Source: Octopus vulgaris
Taxonomy: Eukaryota
DNA: 64,000 bases
Reading direction: 5' to 3'
NCBI GenBank assembly: GCA_951406725.2
Contig: OX597825.1
Location: 38,750,001-38,814,000, forward strand
Positions 41,356 to 54,517 of this stretch are shown piece after piece. Under the pieces are notes generated by a model. It saw only the letters and a list, made by a program, of their open reading frames with translations, ran no database searches and was not told the DNA's origin. Made by a program: the position numbers and the translations under genes. Positions within the stretch are counted from its first letter, which is position 1, and the number at the start of each line of letters is the position of its first letter.

Positions 41356-42645
41356 CGAGGGGCGTTCAATAAATAATGCCTCTGACCCACTTGCGTTTGT
41401 TTGATCTAGGTGAAATTTTGCATGTGTAATTATTTATATCTCTATAGATTAAGTGGCAAATTACAGCTCTGAACTAATTGTGGTTTCTGATTTACAGGTG
41501 TTTGAACTGAGTCAAGTGTGAAACGGAGCCTGTTGAGTGTCGAGCAGTGATGCGGTTTTTGTATTTGAAAGGACGCACACCACGGAAGACTTTTGATGAA
41601 ATAAAAGTAACTTATGGTGATGATGCCCCATCATATGACCTTGTAAAACGCTGGCATCGTAAATTCAAACATGGTCGGAACTTTGTGGAAACAGCTCCCA
41701 GATCTGGTCGCCCCCTTCTGCCATTGATGAGGCATCTGTCCGTCAAGTTAAGGCTGCCATTTTGGAAGATCGACGCATAACTATTCGCCAAATAGCCCAT
41801 GAGGTCAAGATTAGTACCGGGTCTGTGGAAACTATCATTCATGACCATTTGCATATGCAAAAGGTGTCTGCCAGATGGATTCCCAGGCTGCTCACACCTT
41901 TCCAGAAGCAAGAACGCGTCGATTGCGCGAGGATGAATTTGAAGATGTGCCAAGAAGATGAGTCAAAATTTTCCAAAAGACTGATTACACAGGATGAAAC
42001 CTGGGTCCATCACTATGATCTAGAGACCAAAGCCCAGTCAATGCAGTGGAAGCACCGTGACTCACCTCCTCCAAAGAAGGCAAGGGTGCAGCCCTCCGCT
42101 GGCAAGGTCATGCTCACAGTCTTCTGGGACCAGGACGGAGTAGTGATGACAGATTTCTTGGCAAAGGGTGCCACAATTACAGCAGTCTATTATGCTTCAC
42201 TTTTGAGGAAATTAAGAGAAGCTATCAAAATCAAGAGGCGGGGCAAAATCAGCAAAGGCATCCTCCTCCTGCAGCACAACGCTCCGATCCACAACTCGCG
42301 TGTCGCCAGATCAGAAGCACAGGCGTGCGGCTATGAACTCATCCCCCATTCTCCCTACTCTCCTACCTGCACCCTCTGATTTTCACCTCTTCCCAGCCAT
42401 GAAGTTGTTTTTGAAAGGAAAGCGTTTCCCAGATGATGCAGCCTTGATTTCTGAAGTCACGTCGTGGTTGGAGGACCAAGCTGGGGTCTTCTACAAAAAC
42501 GGTCTTCAGAGCTGCATCAAACGATGGGAAAAATGCGTAACTCTGGGTGGTTCCTATGTAGAAAAAGACTAATAACTGTGCCAAGTTTCGTTGCTCTACT
42601 GCTATGGGAAGTGGGTCAGGGGCATTACTTATTGAACGCCCCTCG
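41356..42645 (+). mobile_element. full-length mariner (DD34D-type) transposon, 1290 bp
   Basis: About 37-bp TIRs (41356-41392 / 42609-42645, 2 mismatches), TA on both sides, internal transposase. Confidence 0.95.
41523..42572 (+). pseudogene. mariner transposase pseudogene
   Basis: Motifs RSGRP, WIPRLLT, QDETW, SAGKVM and PYSP..APSDF; start codon ACG; two frameshifts (~41720 and ~42365); second catalytic D changed to H (QHNAP). Confidence 0.92.
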
Positions 42646-43197
42646 TATATATGTGTATGTGTGTGTGTATGTGTATACTTGTGTGTCTGTGTTTTTCCAC
42701 TCCCCATTATCGCTTGACAACCGATGTTCTTGCGTTTACGTCCCAGTAACTTAGCGGTTCGAAAAAAGATGTAGATAGAATAATTACTAGGCTTACAAAA
42801 ATAAGTACTGGGATCGATTTATTCGACTAAAGGCGGCGCTCCAGGAAGGCTGCAGTAAAATGCCGGAAGAAAGTAAAGAATAAAAGACTAAGTATGCATG
42901 TGTATGTATATAGGAAAATGTAATCGTCCGTAATTGTATATGTATACCAAGTAAATGGAAGAATGTGTGTATACATACATAATTATATATACGTGAATAT
43001 GTATACATTTCTTTCTATCGAGACAATATATATGTGTGTGTGTGTGTGTGCGTGTGTGTGCGTAATAGTTTAAATATCTAAAAATATATACATAGATGGA
43101 TACACACTCACACATGCTCATATAGGTATATATGCATATATATATACATATATACATATTCATATATATATATATATACATATATATATCCATATAC

Positions 43198-43300
<103 letters not shown>

Positions 43301-44039
43301 TATATGTGCATGTATTCGTGCGCGCGTAATGTTTTATATATATATAAAATATTACGCGCGCACACACACATATATATATACAGTCTCGATAGAAAGAAAT
43401 GTATACATATTCACGTATGGACTTATAAATAGGTAGGTTGAGAAGCATTGAAGCAAACATAGAAAGAGTTTGTGCCACATGAAAGATTAGGGATCGTTAT
43501 ACAAATTGATAGTGTTTTCAATATATGGAAGTGCAAAAGTATCTAACATACCGTTAATAATTGTGTACACCAAGAAATAAGTAATGAACTTAGATATAAA
43601 TTTCGAATTTAGTAATTTCATAAATACATTGAAGATAATTTGTTTCCTTGTCAAGCGATATATGGAATATCATACATCTATATGTGGATTTGATGTACAC
43701 TACATTTATCTAAATGAAACACTCGTGGACAAAAGCAAAAACGCATATATTTACATACTCATATACATGCTTGGCAGTGTGGAGTTGTGTTACAGTATCT
43801 GTTCAAGATCTTAGTGTTGTAAATCCCAAATTCACCGAGTATATAATTGAATTTTATCTCTCATTGTTTATAAATTTGGCTATATAGACAATACAGAAAG
43901 TGCAGTTCACGCTACATGACAAATGTGATTATGTGTGCTATTATTCTATACATAGACAAACATGAAAATAAGGTATATTGGTGGGATATCCCCATCAAAA
44001 TTTCTATCAAGTGCAATCTATATTTTCAATATTCTCAAT

Positions 44040-44670
44040 GTCCTGCGTTAAATTTACTATTCTTTTACACTCTTCTGACACTTGTAATGTTATATCTTGG
44101 TTTTGTTTCACCTTAGTGAGAATTCTTTTCACTTCAGCGTATTTTTCTGCACTTAGTTCCTGAGTAAATATAGATGGTGTTAATTCGTCCAGTTGGAATT
44201 TTTCATATTCACTGTTTATCTACCAGCATATGTAATGTACTTCCTGCTAGTCGTTCTTTTCTATGTTCAAACATTTCCAGAGTGTATTGAACAGCAAGCT
44301 TTTCTCGCATATAATTTTACACAATATGTCTATTGTATTTCTAAACTTTATGTCACATGGTTTTTCCTCGGGAGTACGTAATTGTTGGAACGTTCATGTT
44401 CTGCTGCCAGTTTTCTTAAGATAAGATGCGTTTACATGCCGTCGTCCCAATCACTGCAAACTTTGTTGAAGATCTGTACGCCTCGAGGATAACTTATTCA
44501 TCTGGTTCTTACTTGAATTCCGTTATTGAATTTGCAACATAATCTGGCGTGAATAACTTTTCGGCATTTTTTGACGACTTACTATTCATTAAATGCAGCA
44601 TTTTTTGCTGTAATCGTTGTGTTTGTTGCTGCTTTTTTAACTCGAGCAAACCGGCCGACAAATCTTACAT
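44040..44670 (-). pseudogene. Ty3/Gypsy (K02A2.6-like) gag relic
   Basis: Minus-strand translation with stops and frameshifts: NSITEFK*EPDE...CSDWDDGM*THLILRKLAAEHERSNNYVLPRK...SLLFNTLWKCLNIEK...EKFQLDELTP...KRILTKVKQNQDITLQ. Confidence 0.7.
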
Positions 44671-45218
44671 AATTTTACGTATACCGCAACAATTTGCACA
44701 AAATATGTTTGTGAGTTTCGTAACACCTTGTGAGTTTGTTTGATTCTTGTGCGTTTGTGAATTGCTGGTCGCTATTGTTGTAATCCAGCGTCAGGCTATT
44801 ATAACGTGCTCTCCGTTATAGCAATATGACCAACTACTCCAACTTCCCGACGTCACACTATTTGTAACTAGTATGACATACCACTCATAACGTGACAGGG
44901 GTCTTCCATTATTATCGTTATCCTCATAAGACATTTTTATTGAAATTCGGGAAAAAATGAATGAATGACGAATAAAAAAACATGACCTCAAAATAACGAA
45001 ATGAAATGTGAATAGTGGTACATGACTAAGTATATATGAGTCGGCTATGCGTTTAAGCATGTTTATCAAAGAATCTACTTAGGAGGTGTGAATTAATTTC
45101 GCTTCTTATTCAATGTGAACCATTTTAAATTATTGGACATTTTCTTGTATAAAAACCGCTCATGTCTGTCTAAGATAAGAAACCCCTTCGTTGGATTAAT
45201 GGTAGCAAAATTTATTTT

Positions 45219-45221
45219 ATG

Positions 45222-45258
<37 letters not shown>

Positions 45259-45299
45259 ATATTTATATATATATATATATATACATATATTTATATGCA

Positions 45300-45342
<43 letters not shown>

Positions 45343-45383
45343 ATATTTATACATATATATATATATATACATATATTTATATG

Positions 45384-45436
<53 letters not shown>

Positions 45437-46077
45437 ATGTGCATATGTATGTAAGTAATTATGTATAATTGTCTACATGAGAGATAGTATATCTGCGTTG
45501 CGTGCTTGTGTATGATCTTTTAAGCAAGTTATTATTAATGGAAACTTCAGTCATCTAGCATTACACAAACTTTTCTTAGCACACATGAGTGTATTTGTGT
45601 GTGTGTGTGTGCGCGCGTGTGTGTACGTGTGTGTGCGCGAGTGTGTTTGTGTGTGTACGCGCGCGCTTGTATGAAAATGTGCTTGTTGTGTTCAAGTCAT
45701 AATATGGAAAATTCGAGATAATCTGTAATAGATATTTTTTAAACAGTGGTTCTCCGAACAAGATAAAGCATTAGAAATTACCTTGTAAATATTGCTTAGA
45801 TAGAAAAAGTCGGAGAACGCATGACATGTTTGCAGATGTGTTTTCTTGTCACACATATAGCCTTCGCATCTTTCTGTCCAACTCGTTTTGTACTCATTAT
45901 TTACACGCTATTATTTGTAGCGTTATCTGCTTCGAGATTACGCAATTAGAACAATCAAAAACATACATAGTGATATAAATAGAAACGCATGCATATATGT
46001 ATACATACACACGCAAGCCTATATATATATGTGTGTGTGATTGTGTGTATGTCTGCATGTATAAATATATGTATTTA

Positions 46078-46132
<55 letters not shown>

Positions 46133-46294
46133 ATAAATATTAGGGAATGAATCCAAAATTACAGGGAAAAATCAGATTTAGGGTTAAATCCAATTTTATA
46201 GTAAAATATTATGTAATATAATTCGAGACAAAACCACTATTTTAAAACCAAACAAGGAAAGACTTAATCAATACATAAAATTTTAATATAAATT

Positions 46295-46345
<51 letters not shown>

Positions 46346-46360
46346 GTATATATATATATG

Positions 46361-46391
<31 letters not shown>

Positions 46392-46506
46392 ATTTATACA
46401 TATATATATATATATATATACATATATTTATATGCATATTTATATATATATATATATATATATGTGTGTATATTTATACATATATATATATACATATATT
46501 TATATG

Positions 46507-46577
<71 letters not shown>

Positions 46578-46677
46578 ATATGTATGTAAGTAATTATGTA
46601 TAATTGTCTACATGAGAGATAGTATATCTGCGTTGCGTGCTTGTGTATGATCTTTTAAGCAAGTTATTTATTAATGG
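45219..46677 (+). repeat. direct duplication of about 325 bp (45219-45541 and 46344-46677)
   Basis: Unique ~105-bp core (GTGCATATGTATGTAAG...TATTAATGG) is near-identical, and the interrupted TA/TG pattern before it is shared. Confidence 0.85.
46130..46300. mobile_element. AT-rich fragment embedded in (TA)n, possible PLE terminus
   Basis: Sharp (TA)n boundaries on both sides; no diagnostic motif. Confidence 0.3.
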
Positions 46678-47338
46678 TGACGTTTATTATGAATGATATA
46701 TCGATTCAAAGATTCCGTTACAGTGGTGCAACGTAATGGTATAATATATAAAATTTAGTGCTTTGATCCATCGGTTCAGTGGTTATGAAAGATTCGTGAC
46801 AATAACGCGGCGATGTCTACCCCATTTTACATAATAGTCATATCAGAGAGAGACTTACAAAACTATACATAAGTGATGGTATCGTAAATATATAATGTTG
46901 GGAGTGTAGTATGAAAAATTCTTGATGGGTATAAAATATGGTTGTGATCATACTTCTGCTCTCAATCAGGACCAATGATGTGCTCAAACAACGACTAAAG
47001 TAACCATGACAACATATATATCGTCATTGTTCATGGGACGTCAGAAATAAATATCTACCACGTTCCTCCTGCTAAGCTACAAAACACTGAAAAAAGAAAA
47101 TAAAGCAAATATTAATGGAATGATGAATAACATATTAGATAAGGCGTTTATATATACAGCGTATGGTAAAGTTGATGAGGGATGTTCGGGATTGGAACAC
47201 TTTAGCGCTACCTCAGCGACACTGCTCGTTGACTAAAAACACCCACGAATCGCAGACGATGTGTTGCTCTTTCATGTGGTGTTCTGTGCATGCGTATGCG
47301 CGTCTGATCGTCTCCTACTTCTACACATGCACATGCAC

Positions 47339-47373
<35 letters not shown>

Positions 47374-47421
47374 TGTATGTATATATATATATATATTTAT
47401 ATATGTATTTGTATGTATATG

Positions 47422-47465
<44 letters not shown>

Positions 47466-47551
47466 CATACCTACGTACATGCATATCTATCGCGAAATCC
47501 CTGTCTGTCTGGCCCTCAGCCTCTCTTTGTCTTTCTCTCTCTTTCACTCTC

Positions 47552-47598
<47 letters not shown>

Positions 47599-48164
47599 TG
47601 TTCATATTTGCAGAAAAGAAAATTCGAAGACAGGTGGGATCAAAAAGCAGGTTTAATTTTTTTTTAAAGTTTCAAGTCTATGCTCATCGAGAGAAAGGGA
47701 CAAGAAGCAAACAAAATGGAGAGAGAACGAAAAACGGAGAAGGGGAAAATGTGTAGGGATTAACAGTTTAACATGATGAATTGACCGGAAGAAGGTATCT
47801 GAACGAAGGGGGATAATAATGTTGACTCGATTAAACCGAGTGTCGTAAGTCCGCCTGTGTATATAAGAAAGATGTGTAAGTGTATATGTGTGAATGGGGT
47901 CGAATACTTATGAATGCATGTGTAGGTGAGCTTGAAATTATGTGACCCTTTATGAAACTAGTGTAGAACGTGTGCTACTAGATAAGAATAGAGCGACGCT
48001 AAGAAACGACAATAAGAGATGAACACAAAGGTAATTCTATTCCCAAAAATACTACGCCTCATAGCTGAAGCTATAAGGTGTTGTTCAGGCAGTCAACTAT
48101 GAGCCCACTGCATCTCATAGCAGAATCAGCTGCAAATAAATGAAGTTCATAATTCAATCGCATT

Positions 48165-48275
48165 TTTGCGGGTTCAGAGCCAATGCATGGCACCTTTGTT
48201 GCCTTCTAAGATTACCTCGAGCTGATCAAAGCCTTGTGAGTGGATTTGGTAGACGGAAACTAAAAGAAGGTCATC

Positions 48276-48278
<3 letters not shown>
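48165..48278 (+). mobile_element. SINE family A, 5' half
   Basis: GGGTTCAG...AAAGCCTTGTGAGTGGATTTGGTAGACGGAAAC followed by (TA)n. Confidence 0.75.
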
Positions 48279-48371
<93 letters not shown>

Positions 48372-48426
48372 ATGTGTGTGCGTGTGTGTGCGTGTGGGTG
48401 TCGTTGTGGTTGTGTGCGTGTGTCAA

Positions 48427-48745
48427 GGCACATGGCTCAGTGGTTAGAGCGTCGAGCTTATGATCGTGAGGTTTTTAGTTCGAATCCCGGAGAGGGCTGC
48501 GTGTTGTGTTCTTGAGCAAGAGATTTTATTTCACGTTGCTCCAGTTCACTCAGCTGTAGAAATGAGTTGCAACCTCACAGGTACCACGCTGTATGGGCCT
48601 TGGACAACACTGTTGGCGTGGAGAGAGGAGGCCGGTATGAATGTGCGATTGCTGGTCTTTCATAAATAACCTTGCCCGGACTTGTGCCTGGGAGGGTAAA
48701 TTTCTAGGTGCAATCCCATGGTCAGTCATGACGGAAGGGAGTCTC
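48427..48745 (+). mobile_element. tRNA-derived SINE family B
   Basis: A-box TGGCTCAGTGG 48433-48443 and B-box GTTCGAATCC 48478-48487; body homologous to 3340-3825. Confidence 0.8.
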
Positions 48746-48982
48746 AGCATATATATATATATATGTTAATAATAAAATGGTAAAATTTATGAATTAATTT
48801 AATTAATTAATCAATCAATTAATTCATAATTTTACCAAGTAGTTCGGTACGTTAAAATAACCTTTATAGGTAAAATTATATAAATATTTTGTAATTATAA
48901 ACGTAATTATAATTAGCTGAACCCTAATTATATTTATAATTATAAAATATATATGTATACACACACACATACACATGCAAAT

Positions 48983-49066
<84 letters not shown>

Positions 49067-49795
49067 GGAACAAAAACGCAATAGAGTACGATAAAACATT
49101 TGGACTGGTAGATGATACAAAGGTGGACAGGAGAAACAACAATTAGAAGGTCAGGAAACAACAATTAGAAGGACAGGGTCATTCGTGGCCTTCTTTCATC
49201 AGTCAAATTACGAGAAGTCCCTACTGTCTCGGGCAGTTACACTTGAATGAGTTTGATCTGGTAGCGTCAAAACAATTCTAAGGTAAGAGCACTAATATTT
49301 TTGTAACACAGTTAGTGAATGTGTACGTCAACAAAGGCAAGAAACAGAGTATATGGTACGCAATTACAAATACAAACAACAAGAAAATAACAACAGATGT
49401 CATTCGACTGAGAACGAATCAAATTGAGCTGGCGTGTATGAAGTGAAAGCCTAAAGGCAAAAACATAGGTGATTGACATAAAAGGTTTTGGCGGTCGGCA
49501 GTCAGGCCAACAAAGAAAGATCGTGGCTGGCCGGAAAAGGAGGGAGGGGTTGGGTAGTGGGATTGAAAGATTAGAAGAAAAATCAGACAAGGGGAATAGT
49601 AAAAGGGAGATAAACAAGGGGAAGGCGAGTGTTACAGAAAGAGAGGTCCAAGAAGTGTGAGTAAGAATGAGAGGGGGAGCGAGAAAAAGAAAAGAGGAGG
49701 AATGTATGAAGGGACTAAAAGATAGAGTAAGAGTCGTACAAAATTTAGATACATAGCTACTATAAGTGAGGGCAAGTGTGTACGTATGCCGCTAT
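49067..49795 (-). mobile_element. longer non-coding fragment of the 1069/2966 family, probable PLE 3' region
   Basis: Shared motif at 49181-49232; pyrimidine-rich minus strand; TA-flanked. Confidence 0.55.
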
Positions 49796-49832
49796 ATGTA
49801 TATATAAATATAAAAAAAAGGAAACAGAAACA

Positions 49833-49950
49833 CAGTGTCTGCGTTTATCACCTCAACATCGCTTGACAACCGATGCTGGTGTGTTTACGTTCCCGTAAAT
49901 TAGCGGTTCGGCAAAATAGACCGATATAATAAGTACAAAGAAAATAATAA
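49833..49950 (+). mobile_element. SINE family A, 3' half
   Basis: CATCGCTTGACAACCGATGCTGGTGTGTTTACG...GCGGTTCGGCAAAA. Confidence 0.8.
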
Positions 49951-49952
49951 AA

Positions 49953-49989
<37 letters not shown>

Positions 49990-50054
49990 GAACATATATA
50001 TATATATATATGCATATATATTTATTTATTTATTTATATTTATATATATATATT

Positions 50055-50152
<98 letters not shown>

Positions 50153-50751
50153 CGCGCACATCATAACATAATTAAGATATTTAAACTAAGGTAAACGAGA
50201 TCAAATTCTATAAAAGCACAAGAAAAGCTCTAAATAACTGCAGCAATTTTTTTGCTCACAAGATTCTTATACGCTTTTCAAAATAGCTGGATGAAATAAA
50301 TACTAATACCACTGTTTTTGTTTTGTTTTTCAATGTAAGTACTCTTATCGACTCTGTCTTACTGTATAATTTTCAAACAACAAATACTTTAATATATGTG
50401 TTATACACACGCACACACACACACACACACACATAAAGAGAGAGACACAAACATACACACACACACAAACAGAGAGACACAAACATACACACACACACAC
50501 TCACACACATACACACGCTCTCTCTCTCTCTCTCACACACATACAGACACATATATTTCTCATGGAGATCTACACAGCTTATGTGGAGATATGTGAAATA
50601 GGTGGACAACTAACATGACAAAATTGTTATTTTAAATCTGACAAATGATGAAATACGAACGTTGTTTACTTTTTCAACATGCTAGTTAATTTCCTGTTGC
50701 TAAATCATGCTCATTATGTTATGCTATTTTAAGGTGACAGAATCTTTAGTA

Positions 50752-50936
50752 CACTGGGCAAAAGTTGCTTCGTGGCATTTCAACTGTCCTAATGGTTTGA
50801 GCTCAAACTCTGCTGAGTTCAACTTTGCCTTCCATCGTTTTGGGGTCGATAAAATAAATATCAGTCGAGCACTTCGGTCGATTTAATCGACTTACGGTCT
50901 CCCCAAAATTGCCAGCCTTAACCAAAATTTGAAACC
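50752..50936 (+). mobile_element. SINE family C
   Basis: ACTTTGCCTTCCATCGTTTTGGGGTCGATAAAAT...AAAATTTGAAACC. Confidence 0.75.
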
Positions 50937-53900
50937 AATATGTTATGTCACTTTCGTTGTATACTAGAGAACAATATATTTTGAGAAGAAAAGTATTATC
51001 AACAACAAAGATATGAGATTAAGAGGTCTTTGTGTTTATGTGTATCCTCCTACCGGCTTGACAAAACGTTGTTGATTTGTCTGCGTACCCGTAATATATC
51101 GGTTCTATAAAAAGGCTGGCAGACTAAATACCAGATATTAAAAACAAAATTAATTACTGAGTTCGATTTGTTCAACGAAACCCTTCAGGATAGTACACCA
51201 AGAAAGCCGTAGTCCATTGACAGAAACAAATAAGTATAAAAGTTATTAATCTTTGCAGATTTCAAAAGAACAATTCGCATTATTCTTTTCAAATTTTTGA
51301 GCCATGTTTCAAAATACTACCTCAATCGACATTGACGTTCGACTTTCCAAGTCAATAAATAGTTGTACTCTACTTGATTTTTCTCACTAACTCTTTCATT
51401 CCATTCATAATGGACATGTAACAGAAATAATTCGGACTTATAAAATTGCGTCATGACTTTCCGCACTAGAAGTATAATATATGCTCAGATTCCCGTTAAT
51501 TACACAGAAATTTGCACGTTAAATTCATATAATGATATTTAATTGGTAAAACAAGATTGAGTGCTCATCGTCGAGAACGACCGAGTATTTATCCTTACTA
51601 CATGATCGAAAATACACGAGTCTTTGTATTCATGTTCCTTAAAGTATGAATGTTAAAAATTGTGTGTGTGTGTGTAGGTATATATATATATGTGCTTCTG
51701 TCATATGTAGCAAATACTCTCGTACATGCCCAGCAACGAGCCTGGTTGTTTTTAATTCAGTGGATTTTGCTTAAGTGGCAGCTATTGTAGATGGCTATGT
51801 TGGTTGACAGACATAGACGAATACCTATGAATATTTAAATAGTTGGATAGAGACATTGGTTTGCAGAGACCTACATAGATAATTATGTTAGAACAACTTG
51901 AGAAAATTACACACACCTATTTCAAAAGAAATTGAGAAGCAGGCGTTATGCAGTATTTATGTACATATATGTATAAATGTAGGTACGTATGCATGTATAT
52001 AAGTACGTATGTATGAATACATACGTATATACATACATACATTCATATATATATGTGTTTGGGTGTGTGCGTGTATTTACATATATATTACATACGCAAT
52101 GTATGTATATTTGTATTTGTGTGTGGGGAGCACGCGCGTATCTGTGTTTGTGTGTCTATGAGTGTGTGTTAGTGTGTATATGTACAAATATTACAGAAAG
52201 ATGGCCGTGAACAAGGTAGTATAAACGAAAATGGTTTATCTGAATTAGATATCTAAACACTGATAGTGAGCTTAACTCCGCAAGAAGACTGTGCCTTAAT
52301 GTGTATATGAATTAAACAAACAAGTAAAATGAATCTGTCTACCTCACATAGAAAACAGAGGCTATGTAAAACCGTTAATCATGCAGAGCATTTACTTAAT
52401 TCGGACACCGTTTGCTGCTTCAGAGTCTGTAAAAATCAGAAAGAATAGAAAATTACGAGTTTAACTGCACAGTATATTGTTGTTCTTAAAAGCAGGTGTG
52501 CCTTGTATATAAATCGACTAGAAGCGAAAAACACGCATTAAGCGATATGTAGACATAATAAGTGTCATAGACTCAGGTAAGCCACATTCCTTGTCATTTA
52601 CAGCGAGGTTATGCAAAGTGCTCCTAGAATACTGATAGGAACTATATAGCAAATAGAAACACATGAACATGTATTTGTATGCAAGTGTCTTTAAGTATAT
52701 TGGCACGAATGTATATTTGTCTTTATTTACGCTGAGTCGTTTAGCAGCAGTATATTATAGTTTTTTTCTTCCTTCTCCGCCTCCAACACAATCTGTTTCT
52801 GAATATGTAAGTTTTCTTAAAACCCAACTTTTGATGAGTTATGATATGTTAGTTTTTAAAGAACCACGTCTGTGCTGCAAATTTTGCACTTGTACTTACG
52901 ATTGTTTCATGCCTATACAACTGTTAATAATGTCTAAATTTGACCGCAGCCTATTCTATACAAACAATGATTTATTTTACTTACTATTTGATATATCAAT
53001 ACATGCAGATGCGTATGTGTGTGCATGGATGTGTGCATGGATGTGTGCTTTATTGAGGGTGTTTGAGCAATGGATACCTCCGGGCCTTGCCAGTTGAATG
53101 AGAGTACGCAATTTTTATCCATTTTTGAGATACGTATGGCGAATTTCGTATGTAAAATATAGCGTATTCTACGCTCCCAAGAGGGAACAAAGCAAGATCA
53201 GAGTATATTTTCGATGGAGTTATCCTAAAAAAAAAATGCTTTTTATTGGTATGGAATTGCAGCCTCCATCTAAGTAAATGGAACTTTAGAAATGGATCGA
53301 AGTGCTTATAATTTAGCCTTACTGAAAATTCATCCTGATGTAGTATTTGCAATGTGGGGAATTTTCAGCAACATCGATACTTGTAATATTATAAACGTTA
53401 ATCAGGATTTGAAATAGCGAGGGTAGCGTTGTTGTATTAAAAACCAAAAAGATTTTGGTATACATCTTCACGAGACAATATAACTGTGGATGTGGCTCAC
53501 CACCAGAGATTGATTTTCAATGACATCTCAGCTAAATTAACTTTACTAACCTGTTAAATGTCCCCACCCCCTTAAAAAAGCCAAAAGCAAGAGACTATAA
53601 TATTCAAAACAGGCGGAAAATGTACAGTCTCTTGTATACTCACCGAAAGGAAAATGTATTGAGAAAATTTAAACAACGTTAAAAGGAGGATTAATATATG
53701 AAAAGTAAGTTGATGCATTGCAACACGTAAGTTAGACCCATATATTTCCGACTGCGTCCGAATGACTGATCTTTCTCTTGATATTTCGAATCGAAGCAAT
53801 AATCGATTCTTTACAACGCCCAAATGAGACCATAATAGAGTAATTTTTTCACAACTAGGTTGGTTTTTGTTTCACATCATTCGAGGGAAGGGTCATCTCG

Positions 53901-54517
53901 TCACCCGTCGGAATGGCATTATGTGAATCACAGATACGCCACAGGCAACAGACACTGTTCTATTTGCTTCTACTTGCTCCTACAATAGTAGCTCGCTGCT
54001 CCTCAGAGCTGGCTAAGGTCATGTCACCAGTAAATAGGCATACCTCTTCCTCTTACGCTTTAACGAATTACCTCCATTCTCAAGTGTCCATAGTTACTAT
54101 TGACAAGAAATATATAAATAGCATAATTCTCAAGAGGAAGGAGGGGCTACAAATTACATGTGTATTACTTCCGTTTCCAGTGCTATAATTTGAGCTTATA
54201 TGTCATGCATATAAGCTTCCCGGCTTCACAAAAAATGAATATAAATATCAAATGCAAACAACTGTATGACTAACTATTACTGTCTAGTTAGCATTACTTG
54301 CAGCCTTACATGCCGCTGATGATAATATATATTCGCGAGCACTCACACCAGGAAACTTCTGTTTCCAAGTCCATGATACATAAAGCTTTACAACTCCACT
54401 AAATGACACTCAACATAACTATAATGGACATACCACGAACATCTTCATAGATGTATATGCATTACAAAAATTCAGTCATCGTCCTTGTACCTTTAAAGAG
54501 TAACATAAGATCATATG

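Larger units (their letters stand above)
41205..42888 (+). mobile_element. SINE family A split by a mariner insertion
   Basis: 5' half 41205-41353 and 3' half 42648-42888 flank the transposon, which sits in the central TA tract. Confidence 0.8.
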
